64,000 bases of DNA, from contig CAZLCD010000001.1 in the NCBI GenBank assembly GCA_964558375.1, positions 209,160-273,159 of the forward strand, given 5' to 3'. Of this stretch, positions 35,357 through 44,101 are shown piece by piece (position 1 is the first letter of the stretch; each line of letters begins with the position of its first letter). The DNA comes from an uncultured Candidatus Saccharibacteria bacterium (GTDB lineage Bacteria > Patescibacteriota > Minisyncoccia > Phycocordibacterales > PALSA-1337). The translations under genes and the position numbers were made by a program. The notes beneath the pieces were generated by a model, which had not been told where the DNA came from, did not search any database, and saw only the letters and a program-made list of their open reading frames with translations.

Positions 35357-35754
35357 ACTTTAAACAATGTACAAATTGTAGAGAAGTTCTTACAACCAGA
35401 CATCAAGTCAGGTTTTGTTCAAATAGTTGCCAAATTGAAAATAGACACAAAGATAATGTTGCTTTATGGAAAAGTAACAATCAAGATGATAAATTTAAAA
35501 CCAAAAATATATCAGCCTATATAAAAAAATATCTCCTCGAAAAATACAAAAACAAATGTTCACTATGTGGTTGGAATAAGGTAAACGAAGTATCTGGCAA
35601 AATTCCACTTGAAATAGATCATGTAGATGGAAACTCAGAAAATAATACAGAAGAAAATTTAAGGGTATTATGTCCAAATTGTCACTCTCTAACCCCACAT
35701 TTTAGAAATCTAAATAAAGGGAATGGAAGGGCATGGAGGTTGAAAAGTAAATAG
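35357..35754 (+). pseudogene. HNH endonuclease remnant beside tRNA-Thr, with a frameshift in an A7 homopolymer at 35523-35529 and no credible start codon
   Basis: The downstream frame encodes 'KCSLCGWNKVNEVSGKIPLEIDHVDGNSENNTEENLRVLCPNCHSL', a C-x2-C...H-x-D...N...C-x2-C-H HNH motif. The upstream part continues in another frame (track ORF 35318..35524, which runs into the tRNA). Confidence 0.55.
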
Positions 35755-35769
35755 CTATAAAATTACCCC

Positions 35770-36900
35770 CTACCTCACCCTCGCATCATAAGTCATCTTT
35801 GTAACCTCTTCTAGTTTCTTATGAAGAATATCAATCTCTGCATTGGTAAGAGTTCTTTCTAGTGTTCTATAAGTAATACGATAAGCATAACTTACATTAC
35901 CTTTGCCAAACTTCTCTTCATTTTCATATTTATCAAGAAGATGCACTTCTTCTACAAGGTCAGGCGCGACATCTCGCACGAGGTCAAAGTAATTGTTCGG
36001 TATAAAGTCATCTTTCACGACAAAAGAAATATCGCGAACAATAGCAGGGAACTTGCTGACATCATTGTACTTATTGCCTAACTTGAGTTGTCTTACAACT
36101 CTAGGATCCTTTGACCATAATAGGCGAATATCTGGCAATTCCATACCGATGATCGCTAGACGTTCCAAACCAAAGCCGAAAGCCCAGCCATTGTAGCCAG
36201 TTACTCCAAAATTCTTAAGAACACTTTTCTTAGGCATACCACCGCCTAGGATTTCTATCCATTGACCGTTGATATCTACTTCTACTTCAAGACTAGGATC
36301 TGTGTAAGGGAAGGTATCTACATTGAAACGATACTTGATGTCTTTACCAAAAATTCCTTGAACGATATGGGTGAGGATATTTTTTAAATCGTCTATGGTC
36401 AATACTTCTTTTGAATCTGGAGTTAGATAAAGCCCGCCCATCTGATGAAAGATGTTCATATGCTTTCGATCAATTTCATCTTTTCTATAGACTTTTCCAT
36501 AACACATTACTCCGAAAGATTCGTTTTTATTAATCCTCTCTTTAATTTCAGGAAGGTTCAAATAGTAATACCACATCACGGTATCATGTGTACGTAATAT
36601 GTTTTTGTCATCAGCATAATACGTGTCGGACTTACTACGAGCCGGATGATTGGCGGCAAAATCGAACATATCAAAACTCACATCAGCCGGAACGATCTCA
36701 GGGATCACTACATCATCAAAGTTTGCAAGGCCAGATAGATTCTTAACCTTCTGTATTATCTCAAATAAAGGACTTTCAGGGGTTCGAGAAAGGTCGGGCA
36801 TTTCAAGGTATTTTATAATACGCTGTGCCTCGGCATCCTTTCTTTCAATCAAGGCTTTTCTGAGAGATTTTTCTGTTTCATTAGGTATAATATATTCCAT
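35770..36900 (-). CDS. pheS: phenylalanine--tRNA ligase alpha subunit
   Basis: 'GWAFGFGLERLAIIGMELPDIRLLW' is the class II motif 3. Motif 2 is in 'FRVDTFPYTDPS..EVEV'. Confidence 0.9.
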   Translation of the reverse strand: MEYIIPNETEKSLRKALIERKDAEAQRIIKYLEMPDLSRTPESPLFEIIQKVKNLSGLANFDDVVIPEIVPADVSFDMFDFAANHPARSKSDTYYADDKNILRTHDTVMWYYYLNLPEIKERINKNESFGVMCYGKVYRKDEIDRKHMNIFHQMGGLYLTPDSKEVLTIDDLKNILTHIVQGIFGKDIKYRFNVDTFPYTDPSLEVEVDINGQWIEILGGGMPKKSVLKNFGVTGYNGWAFGFGLERLAIIGMELPDIRLLWSKDPRVVRQLKLGNKYNDVSKFPAIVRDISFVVKDDFIPNNYFDLVRDVAPDLVEEVHLLDKYENEEKFGKGNVSYAYRITYRTLERTLTNAEIDILHKKLEEVTKMTYDARVR

Positions 36901-36940
36901 CCATCTAGTCTATTTAAAAATGGCATAAAAGTAAAGAAGC

Positions 36941-36949
36941 TGGTATAAT
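36941..36949 (+). promoter_or_regulatory. extended -10 element (TGgTATAAT) upstream of gyrB
   Basis: 'gaagcTGGTATAATttacc' lies 26 nt upstream of the gyrB ATG. Confidence 0.35.
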
Positions 36950-36974
36950 TTACCGATAAAACACGATAAACCAT

Positions 36975-39044
36975 ATGGCAAAAGACAAAGAAGATAAGAA
37001 GAAAGATAGCTATGGCGCGGATTCCATACAGGTCCTAGAGGGCCTAGAACCGGTCAGAAAGCGTCCTGGTATGTATATCGGTACTACTGGACCAGATGGA
37101 CTACATCACTTGATTACGGAGATCTTCGATAACTCTCGCGATGAAGCGATGGGCGGTTTTGCCAATCATATAGAAGTGGCCCTTCTTCCTAACAATCGCG
37201 TACGAGTTGTTGATAATGGTCGAGGTATCCCTGTCGATATTCACAAAGCTACAAAGGTTTCAGCTCTAGAGACTATTATGACCGTGCTACATGCCGGAGG
37301 AAAGTTCGGTGGAGATGAAAGTGGCTACAAGGTCTCCGGAGGTCTTCATGGTGTGGGTGCATCTGTAGTCAACGCTTTGTCTGTGTACACTCAAGTTTGG
37401 GTTCATAAAGATGGCGATATCTACACACAAGAATATTCTCAAGGAAAGAAAAAAGCAGCAGTAAAGAAAATAGGCAAAACCAAAGAGCATGGAACCATTG
37501 TCGCCTTTGAGCCAGATATAATTATTTTTAAAGAAGTTAAATTTGATTTTAATAGAATTGTAAATTCTCTCAGACAACAAGCGTATCTTGTGAAGGCTTT
37601 ACGTATCACAGTTATCGATGCGCGAGAAGCAAAGAATCTTGAACTAGATGAAAATGTTTTTTATTTAAATAACCTAGATCTACAAGTACCATCTCAGACA
37701 TTCTTTTTTGAAAATGGTTTGACTTCTCTTGTTAAATTTAACAATCAGATTCTAAAGCCAATACACAAAAATATTTTCTATGTAGAGAAAAAGGTTGAAG
37801 GGGTAGAATCTGTAGAGATCGCTTTGCAATATGCAGACGATATTTCTGCGCGCATTTTGCCTTTTGCAAACAATATCTATAACCCAGAAGGTGGTACTCA
37901 TGTTACAGGTTTCAAAACCGCTTTAACCAGAAGTCTCAATACATATTCAAAGAAAAATAACCTAGCAAAAGATGGTGAAGATAACTTTACTGGAGACGAT
38001 GTGCTTGAAGGTCTTACGGCTGTGATATCTGTAAAGCTTCGCGAGATACAGTTTGAAGGTCAGACCAAAGCCAAACTCGGTTCTGTCGAGGCACAGAGTG
38101 CTGTGGCTACAGTCTTCGGTGAAGCTTTTGCTGCTTTCCTTGAAGAAAATCCTGATGATGCGAAGGCTATAATCATGAAAGTGATATTAGCGATGAAAGC
38201 TCGCAAGGCTGCGAAGGCGGCAAAGGACAGTGTGCTAAGAAAGGGAGCTCTCGAAGGCATGACCTTGCCTGGTAAGCTTGCGGATTGCCAGACCAATGAT
38301 GCTTCGGAATCAGAGCTCTTCATTGTAGAGGGAGACTCTGCGGGTGGTACTGCAAAGACTGGTCGCGATCGACGTACGCAAGCTATCCTGCCACTAAGAG
38401 GAAAGATTTTAAATATTGAAAGAGCTCGTCTTGATCGTATGCTTGGTTCTGAGCAGATCAAGAATCTAGTTCTGGCTTTCGGCACAGCGATAGGGGATAC
38501 CTTCGATATTTCCAAGCTTCGTTATCACAAAATAATCCTTGCAACAGATGCAGACGTGGACGGCGCACATATCCGTACTCTTATACTCACTTTGCTCTAT
38601 AGGTATTTCAAGCCACTCATCGAAGGGGGATTCGTCTATATTGCTCAACCACCTTTGTATAAAGTTAAAAGAGGTAAAGAGATCATGTACTTCTATTCAG
38701 AAGAAGAAAAAAATAAAGTCATAGGCAAAGAAATCGATGAAATGAATGACGTTATAGAAAACTCCGACAATCAAATCGCTAGTGAAACTCCTGTGGAAGA
38801 AGAAGTGGAGGTTGTTGGCAAAAAAGCCAAAATATCTATACAAAGATACAAAGGTCTCGGAGAAATGAACGCAGATGAGCTATGGGAAACCACCATGGAT
38901 CCAGAAAAGCGCATACTAAAACAGGTCAATATTGAGGATGCTCAAGATGCAGACAAGGTCTTCGACATGCTTATGGGTACAGACGTGCCATCTCGCAAAA
39001 TGTTCATACAATCCAATGCAAAGAAAGCCACTATTGACATTTAA
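36975..39044 (+). CDS. gyrB: DNA gyrase subunit B
   Basis: 'YGADSIQVLEGLEPVRKRPGMYIGTTGPDGLHHL', 'LHGVGASVVNALS' and the C-terminal 'YKGLGEMNADELWETTMDP' are present. Confidence 0.95.
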   Translation: MAKDKEDKKKDSYGADSIQVLEGLEPVRKRPGMYIGTTGPDGLHHLITEIFDNSRDEAMGGFANHIEVALLPNNRVRVVDNGRGIPVDIHKATKVSALETIMTVLHAGGKFGGDESGYKVSGGLHGVGASVVNALSVYTQVWVHKDGDIYTQEYSQGKKKAAVKKIGKTKEHGTIVAFEPDIIIFKEVKFDFNRIVNSLRQQAYLVKALRITVIDAREAKNLELDENVFYLNNLDLQVPSQTFFFENGLTSLVKFNNQILKPIHKNIFYVEKKVEGVESVEIALQYADDISARILPFANNIYNPEGGTHVTGFKTALTRSLNTYSKKNNLAKDGEDNFTGDDVLEGLTAVISVKLREIQFEGQTKAKLGSVEAQSAVATVFGEAFAAFLEENPDDAKAIIMKVILAMKARKAAKAAKDSVLRKGALEGMTLPGKLADCQTNDASESELFIVEGDSAGGTAKTGRDRRTQAILPLRGKILNIERARLDRMLGSEQIKNLVLAFGTAIGDTFDISKLRYHKIILATDADVDGAHIRTLILTLLYRYFKPLIEGGFVYIAQPPLYKVKRGKEIMYFYSEEEKNKVIGKEIDEMNDVIENSDNQIASETPVEEEVEVVGKKAKISIQRYKGLGEMNADELWETTMDPEKRILKQVNIEDAQDADKVFDMLMGTDVPSRKMFIQSNAKKATIDI

Positions 39045-39090
39045 TACGTTATAATATATAGTACTGCCACATATATAAATATTAAAAACC

Positions 39091-40353
39091 ATGAAAAAAA
39101 CCTTATTTCTTATTGCTTTTGCGATAGTATTCGTTGCTGTAGTCCCTTCAAAAGTTGAGGCTGGATGTCTTGTTTTCTGCAAGAAAAAGAAAGTTACCGA
39201 AGTAACAAAGATTGTTATAGGTAGTAATGTAAACTCTCCAAATTCTACAGTAGTTAATAACACTGGTACTCCAGTTGTTGTGGCTAATCATACTCCTTCT
39301 TATGACTATGATAATGACTATCGTACTCTAGGTGCTTCTTGTTATTCCAACCCTACAACAGGTGATGTGGGTGATACTATACATTGGAGAGCTTCCGTAT
39401 ATGGTGGAAATGGTGATTATAATGTAACTTGGTCTGGTACAAATGGTCTTGATGGTGATGGTACTAGTATTACAAAAAGATACAATTCTCCAGGTACAAA
39501 GAACGCTTCAATCAGAGTACGTTCTGGCAGTCAGACTCTTACTAGAAACTGTAATAGTGTAATAATCTATGATTATGACAATAGATACAATGATCGTGAT
39601 GACGATTACTACGATTACGACGATGATTATTATAGAAACACACCTCTTCTAGTTTCTTGTTCTGTAAACTCAAATTTTGCTCAAATCGGATCTAGTGTAA
39701 CTTGGCAATCATATGTTTCTGGTGGTAATGGAAGTTATCGCTACACTTGGGATGGTAGTGATTATCTAAGAGGAAGTTCTAGAAATGTGAGTGTCTCTTA
39801 CAATTCTAATGGTGTAAAAACCGCATCTGTCACTGTACGTTCCGATGGTCAGAGTGTAACTCAATCATGTTCAAATTCTATAACTGTAGGTACTGCAAAT
39901 AATCAAAGTAACAACAATTCAGGTCTGCAGACTGCTTGTTATCCAGACAAAACTACTGCTCGTATAGGTACTCCTGTGACATGGTATGCAGAAGCTGTAG
40001 GTGGATCAGGAAACTATACTTATGCATGGTCAGGTTCAGATGCTCTATATGGCAATCAGGTCTCAACTATTAAGACTTATGGAAGTGCTGGTACTAAAGT
40101 TGGTAGTGTAACCATCACCGCTTCAAATGGTCAGTCTACTGTTCAGTCTTGCAGTGGTTCAGTATATATTCAGGGTGACACAGTAGTAAGAGCTGCTCCG
40201 GCTAATACAGACAATAATTCAAACAATGGTGCACTTACCGCATCTTCACTATTCTCACTTTCAAATGTTCCATGGGGATGGGTAGTGGTGCTTGTAATAA
40301 TGTTGCTTGTAGCTACAATTATCTATCTAGTGATTAATAAGAATAAGATATAA
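39091..40353 (+). CDS. cell-surface protein: signal peptide, three ~90-aa Cys-bounded Ig-like repeats ('V.W...V.GG.G.Y.Y.WSGSD'), Asp/Tyr-rich linker, C-terminal TM anchor
   Basis: 'MKKTLFLIAFAIVFVAVVPSKVEA' is the signal peptide. Three repeats are of the form 'C(Y)...G..V.W...V.GGNG.Y..TW.GS......S......G.K.ASVTV.S.GQS.TQSCS'. The C-terminus is 'WGWVVVLVIMLLVATIIYLVINKNKI'. Confidence 0.7.
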   Translation: MKKTLFLIAFAIVFVAVVPSKVEAGCLVFCKKKKVTEVTKIVIGSNVNSPNSTVVNNTGTPVVVANHTPSYDYDNDYRTLGASCYSNPTTGDVGDTIHWRASVYGGNGDYNVTWSGTNGLDGDGTSITKRYNSPGTKNASIRVRSGSQTLTRNCNSVIIYDYDNRYNDRDDDYYDYDDDYYRNTPLLVSCSVNSNFAQIGSSVTWQSYVSGGNGSYRYTWDGSDYLRGSSRNVSVSYNSNGVKTASVTVRSDGQSVTQSCSNSITVGTANNQSNNNSGLQTACYPDKTTARIGTPVTWYAEAVGGSGNYTYAWSGSDALYGNQVSTIKTYGSAGTKVGSVTITASNGQSTVQSCSGSVYIQGDTVVRAAPANTDNNSNNGALTASSLFSLSNVPWGWVVVLVIMLLVATIIYLVINKNKI

Positions 40354-40389
40354 AGAGGGAGGGAAGGTGTTTGCTTAAGATAAGCTCAG

Positions 40390-40417
40390 AAAAGACCCTA
40401 GGAATAGGGTCTTTTCT
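40390..40417 (+). terminator. intrinsic terminator of the 39091 gene
   Basis: 'aaAGACCCTAggaaTAGGGTCTtttc' has an 8-bp stem, a GGAA loop and a T-run. Confidence 0.7.
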
Positions 40418-40433
40418 ATTACCCTATACTACT

Positions 40434-40462
40434 TGACAAGATGTATAGTAATATGGTAGTAT
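40434..40462 (+). promoter_or_regulatory. sigma70-like promoter (TTGACA-N17-TAGTAT with a TGG extended -10) heading a ~350-nt unannotated transcription unit
   Basis: 'TTGACAagatgtatagtaatatgGTAGTAT'. The same 'TTGAC(A/T)...TGGTAGT(A/C)T' architecture recurs at 42635-42662 upstream of the DUF218 gene. Confidence 0.45.
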
Positions 40463-40489
40463 GTAGGAGTATAAGGAAAGGACATTGAT

Positions 40490-40615
40490 ATGAACAAACT
40501 AGAGATTAGCCTCGCGCAGAGTAGGTGGGGACGAGTCGTCCTACATCTAATCTGTATGGCAAGATGCCATAGGGTGCAACTGCACCTCGCTGGAATTCGT
40601 AGAGAATTCCGATAA
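40490..40615 (+). CDS. candidate small basic protein (41 aa) preceded by AAGGAAAGGA
   Basis: 'MNKLEISLAQSRWGRVVLHLICMARCHRVQLHLAGIRREFR', hand translated. It is not in the ORF track because it is under 60 aa. A second micro-ORF lies at 40708..40773 ('MIELPDGTLATYEEWKTLVGR'). Confidence 0.25.
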   Translation: MNKLEISLAQSRWGRVVLHLICMARCHRVQLHLAGIRREFR

Positions 40616-40779
40616 TTTTCAAGAGGTATCCGTGATGATTTCCTGAATAATTCATGGGGGTGTATCTTGACCCATTGTAAACAAGATTTTTCTGAAAGGG
40701 AAAAAATATGATCGAATTACCTGATGGTACTTTGGCCACCTACGAAGAGTGGAAGACACTCGTCGGAAGGTGACTAGTT

Positions 40780-40819
40780 GGGCGCGCTCCGTTGTATCGA
40801 GCCGCCCTTTCTTTTTGCC
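40780..40819 (+). terminator. GC-rich intrinsic terminator oriented for plus-strand transcripts, abutting the thrS stop
   Basis: 'GGGCGCGCTCcgttgtatcGAGCCGCCCtttcttttt'. There is no T-run in the minus orientation. Confidence 0.55.
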
Positions 40820-40824
40820 AAAAT

Positions 40825-42576
40825 TTACTTTCTCTCCGCTATTTCTTTTGATATCTTTTCAATAACTTCAGTTGAATCCAATTGACCTATTTGTCCAGCG
40901 TCACGACTTTCGAGAGTGACTTTACTTACAGCAAGGTCTTTGTCGCCAATTATTATAAAGTATGGAGCACGAGAGACTTTGGCTTGGCGAATCTTTTTAC
41001 CGAAACCTTCGTCAGAAAGATCTATTTCTACTCTGACCATTTTTTCTTTCAAAGTATCGTATATTTCTACAGCTTTTGCATGATGAGCTTCGCCTACCGG
41101 AATTATTTTGACTTGAGTTGGAGAAAGCCAGAGAGGGAAATTGCCTGCTGTGTGTTCTATATAGACTGAGATGAATCTTTCAAGTGAGCCAAGTAGGGCC
41201 TTATGGATCATAACTGGTCTTTTTTCTTTTCCATCACTATCTACATATGAAAGGCCGAATCTCTCTGGTTGGACAAAGTCTAATTGTATCGTAGCGCATT
41301 GCCATTCACGTCCTAGAGCATCAGTTACTAGATAGTCGAGCTTAGGTCCATAGAATGCTGCTTCGCCGATTCCCGGAATTGTTACCAAATTTTCCTCCTT
41401 AGATACTTTTGAGATGGTATCTTCTGCCCGCTTCCATGTTTCTTTGTCTCCTAAGAATTTATCAGAATCATCTCTAAATGAAAGTCTTACTTTATAATCC
41501 AATTTTAGAGCAGAATAAAGTTCTTTGATCATACTGATGAGATTTCTGATCTCATCTTCCATGTGAGTTTCTTGGCAGAATATATGTCCATCATCTTGAG
41601 AAAGAGATCTTACACGAGATAGTCCATGAAGTTCTCCATGCTTTTCATCGCGATAGTTTGTGGTATTTTCCATATAACGCACAGGAAGCTCACGATAGCT
41701 CCATGGTTTTCTTGCGAAGAGTTGAGCATGATGAGGGCAGTTCATGGGTTTCAACATAAAAACATCTGTACTTTCAGCACTCGTAACTTCAAAGCGTTCA
41801 GGATACTTGTCATAGTGTCCGGAATGTTTATAAAGTTCTGTTCTTGCCATATGTGGTGTCCATACTCTTTCGAAGCCATGCTTTGCTTGAAGTTCTTGAG
41901 AATATGATCCCAAGACATCTCTTAGTACACAACCTTTTGGAGTAAACAGAGGAAGTCCACCACCTACAAGTTCTGAGATGGTAAAGAGATCCAATTCTTT
42001 TCCTAATTTTCTATGATCTCTTTTTCCCGCCTCTATCTTCATAGTTTCATAATCATCTAGCTCGAGTTTTGTAGGGAAAGCTAGTCCATAAACGCGAGTG
42101 AGCATGGTGTTATTTTCATTACCCCTCCAATACGCTCCAGCAACTCTTGAGAGTTTGAAGGAGTCATGAGCTATTTCTTTTGCGGGGTTCTCAACATGTC
42201 CACCTCGACAAAGATCAGAAAAATTACCACAAGTGTATATTGTAATCTTTTCACCTTTAGCGACTATCTCTTCTATAAGTTCTAGTTTATAAGGATTATT
42301 TTTAAAGGACTCTCGAGCTTCTTCCGCACTTATTTCTTTGTGGGTAAACTTAGTCCAACTTTTTAAAAGGCCCTTCATCTTTTTTTCTATAGCCGGCAAT
42401 TCTTTCTCAGAGAGCTTCACATCTGCAGGGAACTCGAAGTCATAGTAAAAGCCATTATCAATAGCTGGGCCTATTGTGTTTTTTGTGCCTGGATAAAGTT
42501 CATTGACTGCAGCGGCTAGTAAATGGGCAAGGGTGTGGCGTATATTATTTAAGTTTTCAGGTTGATTATTTGACAT
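40825..42576 (-). CDS. thrS: threonine--tRNA ligase (begins at the N2 editing domain; the N-terminal TGS/N1 domain is absent)
   Basis: 'NIRHTLAHLLAAAV', 'IGPAIDNGFYYDFE', 'CRGGHVENPAKEI' and class II motifs such as 'FRDEKHGELHGLSRVRSLSQDDGHIFC' are present. Confidence 0.9.
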   Translation of the reverse strand: MSNNQPENLNNIRHTLAHLLAAAVNELYPGTKNTIGPAIDNGFYYDFEFPADVKLSEKELPAIEKKMKGLLKSWTKFTHKEISAEEARESFKNNPYKLELIEEIVAKGEKITIYTCGNFSDLCRGGHVENPAKEIAHDSFKLSRVAGAYWRGNENNTMLTRVYGLAFPTKLELDDYETMKIEAGKRDHRKLGKELDLFTISELVGGGLPLFTPKGCVLRDVLGSYSQELQAKHGFERVWTPHMARTELYKHSGHYDKYPERFEVTSAESTDVFMLKPMNCPHHAQLFARKPWSYRELPVRYMENTTNYRDEKHGELHGLSRVRSLSQDDGHIFCQETHMEDEIRNLISMIKELYSALKLDYKVRLSFRDDSDKFLGDKETWKRAEDTISKVSKEENLVTIPGIGEAAFYGPKLDYLVTDALGREWQCATIQLDFVQPERFGLSYVDSDGKEKRPVMIHKALLGSLERFISVYIEHTAGNFPLWLSPTQVKIIPVGEAHHAKAVEIYDTLKEKMVRVEIDLSDEGFGKKIRQAKVSRAPYFIIIGDKDLAVSKVTLESRDAGQIGQLDSTEVIEKISKEIAERK

Positions 42577-42727
42577 GGTTTTTATCGATAGTCATAACTT
42601 TAGCATTTTAAATAGAATGTGTGGAGGGGTTGACTTATAGTTTTTACGTGGTAGTCTCAAGGAGAATTTCTGTAAGTGAAGTAATTCATAAACCGTTCTT
42701 AAACAACTAAAAACATGGGGGTGAATT

Positions 42728-43285
42728 GTGCGTACCGTAATTGCAATTATTGCAGCAGAGTTGAGTCGTTCAAATACTGGTAAAGTAATTCTTGGTCCAG
42801 AGACCATTGCTGTCTGTAATAATGCTCTTGATTATCCAGCAGATCTTTTGGTGAAAGCTTTTATGGGTAATGTCGAAGATCATGTAATACTTGGCGATTA
42901 TTATTATGCCGTGATGGCATGCAAACCGCCAAACCAAACTGATGGTCAGCCGATGTGTGAGCTAATGAAGAAATACCTTATGTCTAAGGGGGTTGAAGAA
43001 GGGTGGATCTTAACCAATGTCGCTACACATTTCCACACCAATGGAGAGCTTGGTGCACTAGCTTCGCTAGTCGAAGAGAGAAAATTCGACAGAGTAATTA
43101 TTGTTGCACGTTGGTGGCATATGCCAAGAGTTAAGTTTTTGTGGTTATTTCATCAAATTCATTTCACTCGTAAAGTGGAGGAGGTCTTTGTAAACGCTCC
43201 ATCTAAATATTGGGTGAAGATTTTCACAGACCCAACTCTCGGCATTATTCATAATATCTTCAGGTGGTTAGTTAAAGGACACTGA
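42728..43285 (+). CDS. DUF218 (YdcF/SanA/ElyC-like) domain protein, GTG start
   Basis: 'RVIIVARWWHMPRV' resembles the conserved 'HMPRA' motif of DUF218. Moderate confidence. Confidence 0.5.
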   Translation: MRTVIAIIAAELSRSNTGKVILGPETIAVCNNALDYPADLLVKAFMGNVEDHVILGDYYYAVMACKPPNQTDGQPMCELMKKYLMSKGVEEGWILTNVATHFHTNGELGALASLVEERKFDRVIIVARWWHMPRVKFLWLFHQIHFTRKVEEVFVNAPSKYWVKIFTDPTLGIIHNIFRWLVKGH

Positions 43286-43470
43286 AGACAATTCGTCAAG
43301 CTCTGCGTGCATCAGCAATGGTGTCGCGGGGCTTTTTATTTACTTTTTTAAATTTTATTTTGTAATAAATTTATATTGAACTTTTCTTACCATTAGACCG
43401 TTGCAATATATAGCTATTTAAAGTTATTAAGATTTGATAAAGATTTTGTGGGTTTATTATGGTTTTTCTA

Positions 43471-43500
43471 TTGCTTAAGTTTATGTAAATAATTTATAAT
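43471..43500 (+). promoter_or_regulatory. sigma70-like promoter TTGCTT-N18-TATAAT upstream of 43531..44076
   Basis: 'TTGCTTaagtttatgtaaataattTATAAT' lies 30 nt before the ATG. Confidence 0.45.
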
Positions 43501-43530
43501 GACTTCACTTAAGTAAATTATCAGACACTA

Positions 43531-44076
43531 ATGAAAAATAACATTATGAATGAAACAGAACCATTGTATATAAAGAAATTACGAGAACATATAGACTATA
43601 AGATAGAGACTCAGGAACCTAAGTATTTTAAGGAGTTTAGAGAGAGCTTAGAAACACATGAGCCAAAGTACTTCAAAGAGTTTAGAGAAAGCTTAGAAAC
43701 ACATGAGCCAAAGTACTTCAAAGAGTTTAGAGAGCACATAGACCATAAGATAGAAACTCATGAACCTAAGTATTTTAAGGAGTTCAAGAAAGAGATAAAG
43801 GATCATATAGATAACAAGATCGATGAAGTTTTAGTATCTACTGCGGGAGAATTTAGAAGAATTGATGAAAAATTTGATAAAATTGATACCGAGTTTGAGG
43901 GAGTTAATAACAGACTAGATAGACTAGAATCTGACGTGGTGGAAGTTAAAGAAAGTATAGGTAAAATAGAAGGTCATATAGGTAGATATGAAGTCAGGGC
44001 TCAAAATATAGAAGCAATTTTATTGGAAGATCATAAACCAAGAATAATCCAGTTGGAAAAAGAAGTTTTTGCCTAA
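43531..44076 (+). CDS. hypothetical coiled-coil protein with four tandem 15-aa repeats ('HEPKYFKEFRESLET')
   Basis: A 45-nt perfect tandem DNA repeat at about 43634-43723, with a heptad-like C-terminus. Confidence 0.6.
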   Translation: MKNNIMNETEPLYIKKLREHIDYKIETQEPKYFKEFRESLETHEPKYFKEFRESLETHEPKYFKEFREHIDHKIETHEPKYFKEFKKEIKDHIDNKIDEVLVSTAGEFRRIDEKFDKIDTEFEGVNNRLDRLESDVVEVKESIGKIEGHIGRYEVRAQNIEAILLEDHKPRIIQLEKEVFA

Positions 44077-44101
44077 ATATCTTTTTGCTTTTTTCAAACT
44101 C

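Noticed and set aside
40434-40819. RNase P RNA, tmRNA or 6S RNA in the cryptic transcription unit
   Set aside because: No P4 'GGAAAGUCCGG' / 'ACAGAANCCGGCUUA' motifs. No tRNA-like 3' end with a 'GGUUCGAnUCC' T-arm and CCA. The length and structure are not 6S-like.
43634-43723. A CRISPR array or other non-coding tandem repeat
   Set aside because: The 45-nt repeats are perfect, head-to-tail and in frame within an ORF, with no unique spacers. There are no cas genes in the window.
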